Shown here: positions 1-9,376 of the stretch, in pieces | Layout of the letters: each line of letters opens with the position of its first letter | How positions within the stretch are numbered: position 1 is the first letter of the stretch | NCBI RefSeq assembly: GCF_000092465.1 | Contig: NC_014205.1 | Coordinates: 1,500,001 to 1,532,000, forward strand | Reading direction: 5' to 3' | From: Staphylothermus hellenicus DSM 12710 | Lineage (GTDB): Archaea > Thermoproteota > Thermoprotei_A > Sulfolobales > Desulfurococcaceae | DNA: 32,000 nucleotides | Position numbers and translations under genes: made by a program | The notes under the pieces: model-generated | What the model saw: the letters and a program-made list of their open reading frames with translations, nothing else | Databases searched by the model: none | Told to the model about the DNA's origin: nothing

Positions 1-24
1 CCATATATATTTTGGCTGTGATGT

Positions 25-942
25 TCACTTAGTTGTAATAATAATGTCTTTCCCATATATAATGAATGTATGTTCAAACTGTGAAACCAAGCCTCCGCCT
101 CTTTCTATAAGAACTGGATAAGCATATATTACTCTATGTTTTTGCATAATCCTTAAAGTATTTCTTAACCCTTCAACACCATTAAATAATCCAACATACC
201 ATCTTTCACAAAATGGTAACGTTCTACGCTCACTCCATATTTTATTAAATAATCTCTTCTCACGAAGAGTCAAACGGGTTCTTCTACGTGGTGTGAGAGA
301 ATATATTGTAGCTATTGATCCTTCCCTTACCAGTCCAGCTCCGTTTGTTGCAAAGGGCTCAATAGCATATACTCCCTCTACTAGTTTCCAACGCGTAAAC
401 AAATCATTATAGTTGGGTATACTTTTTCCAGCATGTATAAGGTAACGATCAATACTATGTCCAGTAAGGTTTCTAATAGGTTTGTATCCGTAAGAAGCAA
501 TTGTTTCTTCAATAATTTTCCCGATCATATTAACCCTTATCCCTGGCTTTACTGTTTCAAGTGCTTTTTCGAGAGCTGTTCTACTAGCTTCGAGAAGACC
601 CTCATATGCAGGGTTGAAGGATACAGTGGTGGCAGTATCAGCTATGTATCCATCAATATGTACTCCAAGATCTATTTTGAGAACCGCATTATCAGGTATA
701 ACTGTATCATCATTCACAATAGGAGTATAATGTGCAGCAACTTCGTTAATACTTAAATTAACAGGGAAAGCTGGCTCGCCGCCAAGCTCCCTTATTCTCC
801 TCTCAACATGTTCTGCGAGCTCAAATAGTTTCATGCCGGGCTTAGCTATTCTAGCAGCCTCCTCCCTAACTTTTTTAGCTATCTCTCCAGCTTTCAATAG
901 CTTAGATATAGCTTCCTCAGATAACGACATATTTGGTCCCAT
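25..942 (-). CDS. map: Methionine aminopeptidase, archaeal type 2
   Basis: 305-aa ORF. Pita-bread-fold metal-ligand signatures are visible (VAAHYTP, DLGVHIDGYIADTA, GHSIDRY, AIEPF, FEHTFII). Length and N-terminus are typical of archaeal MetAP2. Confidence 0.9.
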   Translation of the reverse strand: MGPNMSLSEEAISKLLKAGEIAKKVREEAARIAKPGMKLFELAEHVERRIRELGGEPAFPVNLSINEVAAHYTPIVNDDTVIPDNAVLKIDLGVHIDGYIADTATTVSFNPAYEGLLEASRTALEKALETVKPGIRVNMIGKIIEETIASYGYKPIRNLTGHSIDRYLIHAGKSIPNYNDLFTRWKLVEGVYAIEPFATNGAGLVREGSIATIYSLTPRRRTRLTLREKRLFNKIWSERRTLPFCERWYVGLFNGVEGLRNTLRIMQKHRVIYAYPVLIERGGGLVSQFEHTFIIYGKDIIITTK

Positions 943-1178
943 TATCTCAGTGTTTTTCCTAATGGTTTTATATAATACTATATAGGGACTTTTAGGTTTT
1001 CAGTATATGGGGAAGGGAAACAAAAAGCATTGTTTTCTAAGGCTATACTAGATTTATAATATTTAACCCATAGATTTTTCGATGAATCCGTGATTTAGCT
1101 ATAAATGCCTCGTTTTACATTATGTTATCATAGAGAAAAATAATAGGAGGGGAATTTGTCACGGCGATCATTAAATAC

Positions 1179-1847
1179 TTGGGGCATTCAGCCTTCGAAA
1201 TAGTCTTAACAGGCCTTGATGGAACTGAAAAAACAATCCTCATTGATCCATGGATAGAAAACCCGTTGAGCCCAGTAAAGCTGAGTGATTATAAGAATAG
1301 GAAAATAGATTATATATTCGTAACACATGATCATAGTGATCACCTGGGAAACGCTATTGAGATAGCTAAGGAGACAGGAGCGAAAATCGTTGGAATATTT
1401 GAAATCGCATTATATGCTCAAGAAAAAGGTGTCCAGAGTATTGATGGAAACATTGGTGGGAAACTGAATATACCAGATCTTTTCGCTGTATTAACGCCTG
1501 CATGGCACAGCAGTAATAGAGGAGCGCCTACAGGCGTTGTTGTAGGAGGAAAAGATGTAACAATATATCATGCTGGAGACACAGGATTATTTATGGAGAT
1601 GAGCTTAATCGGAGAATTATATGGTCCAGACATAGCATTACTACCAATAGGCGGTCATTACACCATGGGAGTGAAAGAAGCAGCTAAAGCAGTCCAGCTT
1701 ATAAGGCCTAAGATAGCTATACCAATGCACTACAACACGTTTCCACCAATAAAAGCTGACCCAGAGGGATTCAAGAAACTCGTAGAATCAACTACTCCAA
1801 CAAAAATAGTAATCTTAAAACCGGGCGAAACATTCACATATCCATAG
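1179..1847 (+). CDS. UPF0173-type metal-dependent hydrolase (metallo-beta-lactamase fold)
   Basis: HxHxDH motif (VTHDHSDHLGN), then HAGDTG, GGHYTMG and PMHYNTF. The track start is TTG at 1179. The family's conserved N-terminal strand (IIKYLGHSAF) continues in frame upstream to a stop at 1131 with no canonical start codon, so the 5' end is uncertain. Confidence 0.75.
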   Translation: MGHSAFEIVLTGLDGTEKTILIDPWIENPLSPVKLSDYKNRKIDYIFVTHDHSDHLGNAIEIAKETGAKIVGIFEIALYAQEKGVQSIDGNIGGKLNIPDLFAVLTPAWHSSNRGAPTGVVVGGKDVTIYHAGDTGLFMEMSLIGELYGPDIALLPIGGHYTMGVKEAAKAVQLIRPKIAIPMHYNTFPPIKADPEGFKKLVESTTPTKIVILKPGETFTYP

Positions 1848-1894
1848 AACCATCAATGATAAATAAAAACCTTTTTTATAACACAAATTATCGT

Positions 1895-2004
1895 GGGCCC
1901 GGGGAGCAGCCCCGCTCCCACTATTAAGAGCCCGCGGGAGATGTGCCGATCGATGGCTTCAATGACCGCGGGTGTTAGTAGTGGGGGACACTCCCTAAAG
2001 GGCC
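1895..2004 (+). ncRNA. GC-rich structured ncRNA candidate with H/ACA-like hairpin-pocket-hairpin-ACA geometry; class and strand tentative
   Basis: A GC-rich island in AT-rich DNA. Nested perfect helices: GGGCC 1896-1900/2000-2004, GGGG 1901-1904/CCCC 1910-1913, CCCACTA 1917-1923/TAGTGGG 1979-1985, CCCGCGG 1931-1937/CCGCGGG 1966-1972. The internal loop is 7 nt x 6 nt. ACA at 1988-1990 lies 15 nt after the upper-stem base. A TATA-like TTTTATA sits at 1875-1881. The overlapping 83-aa minus-strand ORF looks spurious. Confidence 0.5.
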
Positions 2005-2302
2005 AATATAGCTTAGTTAGAGCAAAATAAAAACTATCTATATCAATAGCTGCGAAGGATAAAGCTTTAATATTAATTAGTTCACAAAACGATAACAACT
2101 TCAACGTCCATTATAGGTATATTGTAGCAGAACTTGATGAATAATTAATAAAATCAATAAATAAGACTCTGCACAAACAACTACTGCTGGAGCAGGCACT
2201 TCTGATCACATAGCTGCTTTATCAAAAAATCAATTATTTATACGGCACCGTTAATATGTTGAATGTTAGAATATTCTATATATGGAATCATGGGTGAAAT
2301 AA

Positions 2303-3391
2303 ATGAACATAGATGACAAAGTTTATTTGGCGTCGAGAAACACGGTAGAAATTGTTACGCTTGAAGATTTAAAGAAGGTTTTCGAGGAAAAAGAACATCT
2401 CAGAGGATATATTGGTTTTGAGCCTAGTGGTCTTGTTCATGTTGGATGGCTTGTATGGATGAATAAGGTTAGAGACTTATTAGAGGCGGGCGTTGATTTC
2501 TATGTTTTAGAAGCCACATGGCATGCATACATAAATGATAAACTAGGTGGAGACCTAGATCTTATACGGAAAGCCGCTAGGCTTGTTAGAAAAGTAATGG
2601 AGGGTTTCGGAATAGATGTTTCTAGGATAAAATTTGTTGATGCCGAAGAACTAGTATCGGATAAGGATTACTGGGAAACACTTATTCGCTCAGCTAAAAA
2701 TGTTAGTTTAGCAAGAGTGAAGAGAGCACTAACGATTATGGGTAGGAAAAGCGATGAAGCTGAAACGGATTTTTCAAAACTAATATATCCATTAATGCAG
2801 GTCAGCGATATATTTTATTTAGACCTAGACATTGTATTGGGAGGAACTGATCAGAGAAAAGCCCATATGTTAGCAAGAGATATCGCTGAGAAAATAGGTA
2901 GAAAGAAACCTATTGCTATTCATACACCAATAATAACGGGTCTGAAAGGACCAGGCAGGAGAATGGATGTTGTCGGGGAAATCGACGAAGTATATGCTGC
3001 TCATAAGATGAGCAAGAGCAAGCCGGAAACAGCTATATTTGTCCACGACTCGCCGGAGGAAATAAAAGCTAAGATTAGAAAAGCATATTGTCCACCACGT
3101 AAAACAATGTTTAACCCGATAATAGAGATCAATAAATACCTGTTATTTGCAACACCCGGATTCAAACTATATGTAGACCGTCCGGAAAAATATGGTGGAC
3201 CATTAACTATTGAATCATATGATGAACTAGAGAAACTATATGTCGAGGGAAAAATACATCCGCTTGACCTAAAAAATGCTACGGCAGAAGCATTGAACAA
3301 GCTTCTCGCACCAATAAGGGAAAAACTAAGAAGAGACCCGGAAGCCAGAGAAATTCTCGAAACATTGTTAAAGACAAAAATAACTCGTTAA
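2303..3391 (+). CDS. tyrS: Tyrosyl-tRNA synthetase (archaeal type)
   Basis: Close pattern match, recalled from memory, to archaeal TyrRS: YIGFEPSG..H.G, YPLMQVSDIFYL, GGTDQRKAHMLARD, KMSKSKP, DSPEEIKAKIRKAYCP, HPLDLKNA. GGTGA lies 8 nt upstream of the ATG. Confidence 0.9.
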   Translation: MNIDDKVYLASRNTVEIVTLEDLKKVFEEKEHLRGYIGFEPSGLVHVGWLVWMNKVRDLLEAGVDFYVLEATWHAYINDKLGGDLDLIRKAARLVRKVMEGFGIDVSRIKFVDAEELVSDKDYWETLIRSAKNVSLARVKRALTIMGRKSDEAETDFSKLIYPLMQVSDIFYLDLDIVLGGTDQRKAHMLARDIAEKIGRKKPIAIHTPIITGLKGPGRRMDVVGEIDEVYAAHKMSKSKPETAIFVHDSPEEIKAKIRKAYCPPRKTMFNPIIEINKYLLFATPGFKLYVDRPEKYGGPLTIESYDELEKLYVEGKIHPLDLKNATAEALNKLLAPIREKLRRDPEAREILETLLKTKITR

Positions 3392-3725
3392 TTTTAAAAT
3401 CATTTTCTCTATAACAAATGATAGTTATTGTAGGTTTCACGAGTTATTATATCAATACTTAAATACTTACGGCATAGGATTATGGATGAGAAAGACTGTG
3501 TAGTCGATGCGGTGTCCCGATAATTTCCTTAAATTAAGGAGATGATAGAAAACCTAGCCAGATATAAGGAAGTATATAAACATACTTTGTAAACAAAAAA
3601 TAATACATAGGCAACCACATAGATTTAATATAGTATGCAACAAATTAACGTTTATTAATAATCAGCAAAAATCGTTCCCGCACATCGCATTTACCATGAT
3701 AACAAGTAGTAACATGGTGATCTAT

Positions 3726-5000
3726 ATGGCTAAATATTTGATAAAAGCAAGAGTAGAAGTTGACGGTGTAGTCGAGAAACATGATATAATAGGAGCAATA
3801 TTTGGGCAAACCGAGGGATTATTCGGAGAACAATTCGATCTAAGAACATTGCAGGATAAGAACCGTATAGGAAGAATACAAGTAATGACCAGGATACATA
3901 ATGGAAAAACTATTGGTGAAATAATTATACCCAGCAACCTGGACAGACTAGAAACGGCACTTGTGGCTGCAATGATAGAGAGTGTTGATAGGGTAGGACC
4001 ATATAATGCTAGGATAGAAGTGGTAGATATAATCGATGTGAGACTAGAAAAGATTAAGAAAATAGTTGATAGAGCAATAGAAATACTTCAAGAATGGAGC
4101 AAAGAGAAAGCACCGGATATTAAAGAAATACTGAAAGAAATGCAGGAAGCCCTCAAGGTTCCTGAACCACGAAAGTATGGTCCAGAACAATTACCTGCGG
4201 GTCCAGGGGTCGATAAAAGCGATACAATAATAATAGTTGAGGGAAGAGCAGATGTAATCAATCTGCTAAGATACGGATTCACAAACGTTATAGCATTGGG
4301 TGGTGCTAGAAAAGTACCTAACACAATAAGGAATCTAGCAAGGAAGAAAAAAGTAATAGTGTTCTTAGACGGAGACCATGGAGGAGACCTGATCCTGAAG
4401 GAACTACTAAGAACAATAAAGGTAGATTTTATAGCTAGAGCGCCTGAAGGTAGAGAAGTAGAAGAACTAACAGGTAAAGAGATAAGAGAAGCACTGAGTA
4501 AAACAGTACCTACCAAGGAGTATTTAGAAAAACTAGCCAATCAAGGAAATAAAGAGGCAAAATACTTGTTACAGATCCAGGAAAGACTGGCAAGAGAAGC
4601 AGCAGAACAAATCAAGCCTAAAATCAAAGTAGAAGAGAAGAAACCAGTTGAAAAACCAGTTCCTAAACCTCCCAAGACTGTGGAAGAAGTTGTTGAAACA
4701 GTGTCTATACCTTTAAGGATAAGGGAGGATATCAAGAGCTTATATGGAACATTAGAAGCTATTCTCTATGATAACGAATGGAATCCTATAAAGAGATTAC
4801 CTGTCAGAGACCTAGTAAATACACTGGATGAACTGGATAAAAACAATGTAGAAGCAATAGTAATGGATGGTATTATAACGCAGAGATTAATAGATAAAGC
4901 ATCTGAGAAAGGAGTAAAGACACTTATAGCGGCTAAAATAGGTAGAGTAAACTATAAACCGCCTGAAATACTGATTCTAACCTTTAATGATATTATGTAA
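3726..5000 (+). CDS. dnaG: Archaeal DnaG primase-like protein (Toprim domain; exosome-associated DnaG)
   Basis: N-terminus MAKYLIKARVEVDGVVEKHDIIGAIFGQTEGLFGEQFDLR and Toprim block IIVEGRADVINLLRYG...FLDGDHGGDLI match crenarchaeal DnaG. I prefer the ATG at 3726 over the track start at 3696, because DnaG homologues begin at the MxYxIxxxxEVxG strand. Confidence 0.9.
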   Translation: MAKYLIKARVEVDGVVEKHDIIGAIFGQTEGLFGEQFDLRTLQDKNRIGRIQVMTRIHNGKTIGEIIIPSNLDRLETALVAAMIESVDRVGPYNARIEVVDIIDVRLEKIKKIVDRAIEILQEWSKEKAPDIKEILKEMQEALKVPEPRKYGPEQLPAGPGVDKSDTIIIVEGRADVINLLRYGFTNVIALGGARKVPNTIRNLARKKKVIVFLDGDHGGDLILKELLRTIKVDFIARAPEGREVEELTGKEIREALSKTVPTKEYLEKLANQGNKEAKYLLQIQERLAREAAEQIKPKIKVEEKKPVEKPVPKPPKTVEEVVETVSIPLRIREDIKSLYGTLEAILYDNEWNPIKRLPVRDLVNTLDELDKNNVEAIVMDGIITQRLIDKASEKGVKTLIAAKIGRVNYKPPEILILTFNDIM

Positions 5001-5003
5001 AAA

Positions 5004-7409
5004 CTATTTTTTACCACCAAAGAAATCAAACAAGCTTTTTTGACCGGCAGAAGCAGCAGCTCTCTTCAGCTGTGTTTCTGTAACTCCGAAATAATTCAAT
5101 ATTCTAAGGGCTGCAGGGACTATTTGGTGATCGATATAGTATTCGGTATCTATAAGCTTGGGATCCTTTACGAAGATATATGGTTCTGCCCTACTGGATA
5201 TTTTACCACCGCCTTTGAGGATGACGTATCCTATCTTATCATTTACGCTTATCTTAATGCCTGCTTTAACGAGTTTTTTCGCTGCAACAACGTGTGGGGC
5301 GTCTACACTGTATTCTTCTATTCTCTTCGATAATGTTTTCCAAATTATCAATTTATCCAATGGTATTTTCCCCGCTTTTAGATCAGCAATTACTTTTCTA
5401 ACATACTCTATAGCTTTATCTACACTGTTCTCCTTTAACAGGATCTCTGTTACTTTTTCCTGAACCTCCTTGGCTATATCTGCCCAATCACCTCTAACAG
5501 CTTCAAAACCAACTATGTCTATCCTGCCATCCTCTAGTAGCCCTGCATATCTTTTCTTTGCTTCTGTAAAGAAGACTCTTTTATAGATCTTGTCAATTTT
5601 GATCTCGAATCCCAGCTTTGTTTGAATAAGATCTATGAGTTTCTCAACCCTATCCTTATCATATGTTACAAATAGGGAATCCGTATCTCCATATATTACT
5701 TTTAAACCTAGTTTTCTAGCAAGTTCTATTGCTGACTTTATTGTTTGTCTACCCCATGCTGTAACAGCTTCTGCGCATTCACGACAATACCATCTAGCAT
5801 GAACCCATCCCATATAACCATATGTTGCATTAGCTAATACTTTCACTGCTTTCTGTCTCTCATCGAGTAATCTATACTCGTAGCTTGTAGGAGGATATTT
5901 TTTCATTTCGGACTTAATCTGTTTTCTCAAACTTAGAAGTGTTTCGAGGACTTTCTTAAAGAATCCGGGAGGTTCTTTCCTAAAGCAATGTCCTACTTCT
6001 GGCGCTATATTATGTTTTCTAGGATCACATTTCTCGTTACGGATAATAGTGTCTGGGCCAACATTGTATTTGATCATAATGTTTGGATACATGCTTGAAA
6101 AGTCTAGTACGGCTATGTTTTCATGGACTCCTTTAACGGGTTTAAGTACGACTGCGCCACGATAGCTTTCAGCTGCTCTTCCAGCCCTGTTCGGTACTAG
6201 TTCTCCATATTTAAATGCTTCACGTATAAGATACCATTCCAGCCTAAAACCAACGCTGGCGGCTCCTATTTGATCTAGAGGTAACCCTGTAATATTCGAT
6301 AACTGCATGGCGAATGGTAAAAACTTTTCTGCTAAACCATATGTTGACTTAACATCGTCTATATTGTATTGTAGAAGCATATGTCTAAGTTTTTCGTCAT
6401 CCCAGTACTTGGGAATATCTATGTATTCAATAATTACTCTCTCAGATTTTTTCATAACCCCTAAGTATTCCGCGACGTTCTCGAGAGATTTAACTTTGAC
6501 TTCCGGTATTTCCTCAGCAAAGTAATATAGGTCAGTATTTAGTCTTCCAGGCACAGAGATGTGTCCATAAGTGCTTGTTCTAGGTATTGTGCCTACCCTT
6601 CTAGTTACATCTAGTTTTACACCAACATATTTTGATCGTTCTATGAGGTATGGCCAATCAAACCCGTCGGTATTGTATCCAACTATTATGTCTGGATCAA
6701 GTGTTTTCACATAGTTTACGAACTCACCAATGCTGGTTTTATCGTCGTATTTATTTGCTAGGAGCTGTTTTATTTCACCATTATTATTCATGATACCAAT
6801 AATTATTACAGGATCTGATTGGGGTCTAGGTGTTCCCGACTTATTATATACTTCTATATCAAAAGCCATGATCCTTAGATCTGGTTGAAGGGTTTGCTCT
6901 AAAGGCTTTATCTCACCCACTATCTCGTACTCTGCATCGACCCTGTATATTGGTTTTTTCGGTATTTCAACTACTTCCGCTACGTGCCAGCCACAAGGCC
7001 TAAGATCATGATCTATAATGTATCTAATACTGAAACGTATATCTGCCTCAACAACTTCTAATACTTCGGGCAAAGACTTGATTTTTTCTCTATATTTTCT
7101 CACATATTCTGGTATTATCGTTGTTATTTTTAATGCTCTGACTTTTTTTCCGAAATAATTCTTCTCGACAGGTTCTACGCCTATGATTGGGGATTTTGGA
7201 TCAGAATATGTTTTTATTTTTCTAGCTAAATCATCAATGCTGACATTGTCTTTTAAGATAGCATAAAAGTATGGGCGAAACCTTCGATCCCTTAATAATA
7301 TTCTTTTACCATCCCTCGTTATACCCCATATTATTATGTGTGGTTCATTACCAATAACTTCATAGCTGTTATCAAGAAAGTAGAATTCCAAATTTATTTT
7401 CTCGCTCAA
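5004..7409 (-). CDS. Family B DNA polymerase, PolB3-type (orthologue class of euryarchaeal PolB)
   Basis: 801 aa. Exo I FDIEV, exo II YNTDGFDWPYL, pol motifs LDFSSMYPNIM, KVLANATYGYMG and YGDTDSLFV are present. N-terminus resembles Pfu-type PolB. No intein-sized insertion. The track start is TTG at 7409; a second TTG at 7392 is also possible. Confidence 0.85.
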   Translation of the reverse strand: MSEKINLEFYFLDNSYEVIGNEPHIIIWGITRDGKRILLRDRRFRPYFYAILKDNVSIDDLARKIKTYSDPKSPIIGVEPVEKNYFGKKVRALKITTIIPEYVRKYREKIKSLPEVLEVVEADIRFSIRYIIDHDLRPCGWHVAEVVEIPKKPIYRVDAEYEIVGEIKPLEQTLQPDLRIMAFDIEVYNKSGTPRPQSDPVIIIGIMNNNGEIKQLLANKYDDKTSIGEFVNYVKTLDPDIIVGYNTDGFDWPYLIERSKYVGVKLDVTRRVGTIPRTSTYGHISVPGRLNTDLYYFAEEIPEVKVKSLENVAEYLGVMKKSERVIIEYIDIPKYWDDEKLRHMLLQYNIDDVKSTYGLAEKFLPFAMQLSNITGLPLDQIGAASVGFRLEWYLIREAFKYGELVPNRAGRAAESYRGAVVLKPVKGVHENIAVLDFSSMYPNIMIKYNVGPDTIIRNEKCDPRKHNIAPEVGHCFRKEPPGFFKKVLETLLSLRKQIKSEMKKYPPTSYEYRLLDERQKAVKVLANATYGYMGWVHARWYCRECAEAVTAWGRQTIKSAIELARKLGLKVIYGDTDSLFVTYDKDRVEKLIDLIQTKLGFEIKIDKIYKRVFFTEAKKRYAGLLEDGRIDIVGFEAVRGDWADIAKEVQEKVTEILLKENSVDKAIEYVRKVIADLKAGKIPLDKLIIWKTLSKRIEEYSVDAPHVVAAKKLVKAGIKISVNDKIGYVILKGGGKISSRAEPYIFVKDPKLIDTEYYIDHQIVPAALRILNYFGVTETQLKRAAASAGQKSLFDFFGGKK

Positions 7410-7484
7410 AACTCTACCCCATTATATAATAGGTTTTTAGATTAGATAAATTATGATGATAGAAGAATGATCAGATGATATGGT

Positions 7485-8555
7485 ATGAAGGTGCTTGAGA
7501 AGGATTTAAAGAAGGGATATTTAAAAATATTACCAGAGGATCAAGATGATCTATGGGCTTTATACAATATTATTAAGCCATTAGACAGAGTCACTGCTAC
7601 AACTACTAGGGACGTTAAACACGGAGAAATAAGTAGTAGTCGAAGAATACCTATGACGTTAACGATTGAAGTAAGAACACTAGAGTTCCAACCATTCACT
7701 GAAAGATTAAGAATCAGAGGTGTAGTTGTTGAAGGACCTGAAAGATACGGTGTAAAAGGGCATTATCATACATTAAACATTGATCCTGGAAAACCCTTAG
7801 TGATATGGAAGGAGAAATGGGGTAGAAACGAATTAGAGATAATATCTAGATTCACCAGTAGAAAACAAAAAGTGCTTTTAGCGGCTTTCGATTATGATGA
7901 AGCAGCTATAGCTATGTTGACAGAACAAGGAATTCGATTATTAGAAGATTTCGCATCTAATATTCCAGGTAAGAGAGAGCCTGCATTGTTTCAGAAAGGA
8001 TTAGAAAAATATTTATCCAGTATAGCTGAGAAAATATTCAACTACATCAATAAGTTTCAAGTAGATATAGTTGTAATAGCTAGTCCAGGAGATCTTCAGA
8101 GAAGAGTTGCTAGAATAATTAAGGAGAAGAAACAGGTCAACATAATTACGGATACAGTATCTATAGGGGGCCAGGGCGGAATTAGAGAACTACTAAGAAG
8201 GGATAGTGTTCGTGAAGCAATTAAGGAAATAAATATTATTAAGGCTCAGAGGATTCTGGATGAGTTCCATAAATATTTATCGAAGAACCCAGATATGGTT
8301 GCGTATGGGATTGATGATGTAGAGTATGCTGTTAAACATAATGCTGTAGATAAGCTATTGGTTTCCGAAGAGCTATTGAGAGTATATGATGAAGAAGCTA
8401 GGAGAAGAGTGTCTAGTATTTTGGACGAGGCATATAGGAGAAGAGCAGAAATCATAATTGTTCCTCACAATAGTGATGTAGGTTTAGAAGTTGAAGGTTT
8501 AGGGGGTATAGTTGCTCTTCTCCGTTACCCATTGAAGAAACCATTAAATAATTAA
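7485..8555 (+). CDS. pelA: Pelota (Dom34 homologue, ribosome rescue / no-go and non-stop decay)
   Basis: 356 aa with N-terminus MKVLEKDLKKGYLKILPEDQDDLWALYNII and an eRF1-like central and C-terminal domain pattern. Its stop overlaps the convergent downstream gene's stop in the palindrome TTAA at 8552-8555. Confidence 0.9.
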   Translation: MKVLEKDLKKGYLKILPEDQDDLWALYNIIKPLDRVTATTTRDVKHGEISSSRRIPMTLTIEVRTLEFQPFTERLRIRGVVVEGPERYGVKGHYHTLNIDPGKPLVIWKEKWGRNELEIISRFTSRKQKVLLAAFDYDEAAIAMLTEQGIRLLEDFASNIPGKREPALFQKGLEKYLSSIAEKIFNYINKFQVDIVVIASPGDLQRRVARIIKEKKQVNIITDTVSIGGQGGIRELLRRDSVREAIKEINIIKAQRILDEFHKYLSKNPDMVAYGIDDVEYAVKHNAVDKLLVSEELLRVYDEEARRRVSSILDEAYRRRAEIIIVPHNSDVGLEVEGLGGIVALLRYPLKKPLNN

Positions 8556-9271
8556 AAACGATCCATGAGAGCTCTTCTTACTAAGGGGTTTCTACGTATA
8601 ATCTTTTCTAGTGCTTCTTCAAATCCTTCGTCAGGGCTTAACTCGTACTTTACAAACACTCCTGTGCGGCCTATCTTGTCTCTCCTACTAAGAACTCTTA
8701 CTCTTTCTAGAACTGTATCTATGCTTATTCCTAGTTTTTCAGCAACAATGTTTTCATAACCTATAACTGGGGATTCTCTATGGCCATTCTTTGTCGGCTC
8801 TATTAATACTAGTCTTTTATCAACACCGGGCACTCTTCTATTTTTCTTCAATCCTTTAAGGCCAAGTATTCCGCCAAACTTGTAGAATTCGTATTCACGT
8901 GGCTTAAGCTTTGCCAACGGAAAACTAATATTTTTTCTTTCATATTCATCTAGAACTATGTATGCTTTAGGTGTGCTTGAAGGAGTTGCTATTACTATGT
9001 ATCTAGCATATATTTTATAGCCAGAAGATTCCAGAGTGTATTCAGTAATATAGCTGGGAAGAGTATAGGGTATGAAGACATCTATGTCGCTACCCTCCCA
9101 TACATCCCCTCTAGCAATACTGCCATGAACTATTCCCTGAATACCTCTTTTAGCGAGTGTTTCGAGAATATTAATTGCTTCTCTCCTTAATTCGCTGAGG
9201 ATTCTCCATTGTTTCTCACTATAAATTATTTCTCTATACTCTGGTTTTCTCATTATTTTTTCTCTAACCAT
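8552..9271 (-). CDS. Pol-beta-superfamily nucleotidyltransferase domain protein, function unknown
   Basis: NTase signature HGSIARGDVWEGSDIDVFI (G[SG]...D.D). At 239 aa it is larger than minimal MNT antitoxin-type NTases. No HEPN partner is adjacent. Confidence 0.6.
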   Translation of the reverse strand: MVREKIMRKPEYREIIYSEKQWRILSELRREAINILETLAKRGIQGIVHGSIARGDVWEGSDIDVFIPYTLPSYITEYTLESSGYKIYARYIVIATPSSTPKAYIVLDEYERKNISFPLAKLKPREYEFYKFGGILGLKGLKKNRRVPGVDKRLVLIEPTKNGHRESPVIGYENIVAEKLGISIDTVLERVRVLSRRDKIGRTGVFVKYELSPDEGFEEALEKIIRRNPLVRRALMDRF

Positions 9272-9376
9272 GTATTTTTCCCATGTGGATATTCTTTAAT
9301 AGCTACTATGTAATATTACGGTTATACACAGAGATATACTAGTCATATCTAAGGATATGTGAGGGTGTAGTGGTTA

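Noticed and set aside
433-756. Many 60-170-aa ORFs antisense to long genes (for example 433-756, 3001-3300, 4088-4540, 5040-5463, 18470-18877, 26798-27298, 28244-28621, 29104-29448, 30372-30617)
   Set aside because: Each is fully embedded antisense in a confidently identified conserved gene. Each encodes Ser/Leu/Ile-rich low-complexity sequence typical of shadow ORFs in AT-rich genomes.
1895-2004. tRNA, split-tRNA half or 5S rRNA interpretation of the 110-nt GC-rich element
   Set aside because: There is a four-arm topology and a CTCTTAA string on the minus strand. However, there is no T-loop (GTTCRAATC) or D-loop consensus, the acceptor-like stem is only 5 bp, and 5S motifs such as GAAGTTAAGC are absent.
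2135-2205. TGATGA ... CTGA pair 61 nt apart upstream of tyrS
   Set aside because: The intervening sequence is very AT-rich for a hyperthermophile sRNA. There are no internal D'/C' boxes and only a weak terminal pairing.
2420-2450. TyrRS class-I signature reads HVGW instead of HIGH/HLGH
   Set aside because: The fourth position of this motif is variable in archaeal and eukaryal TyrRS (human has HVAY). The Tyr-binding residues (YIGFEPSG, QVSD) and KMSKS are intact, so it is not evidence of a pseudo-enzyme.
7453-7484. ATGATGA + 12 nt + CAGA motif immediately upstream of pelota
   Set aside because: AT-rich, with no C'/D pair or terminal stem. It is most likely chance within the pelota/PolB divergent promoter region.
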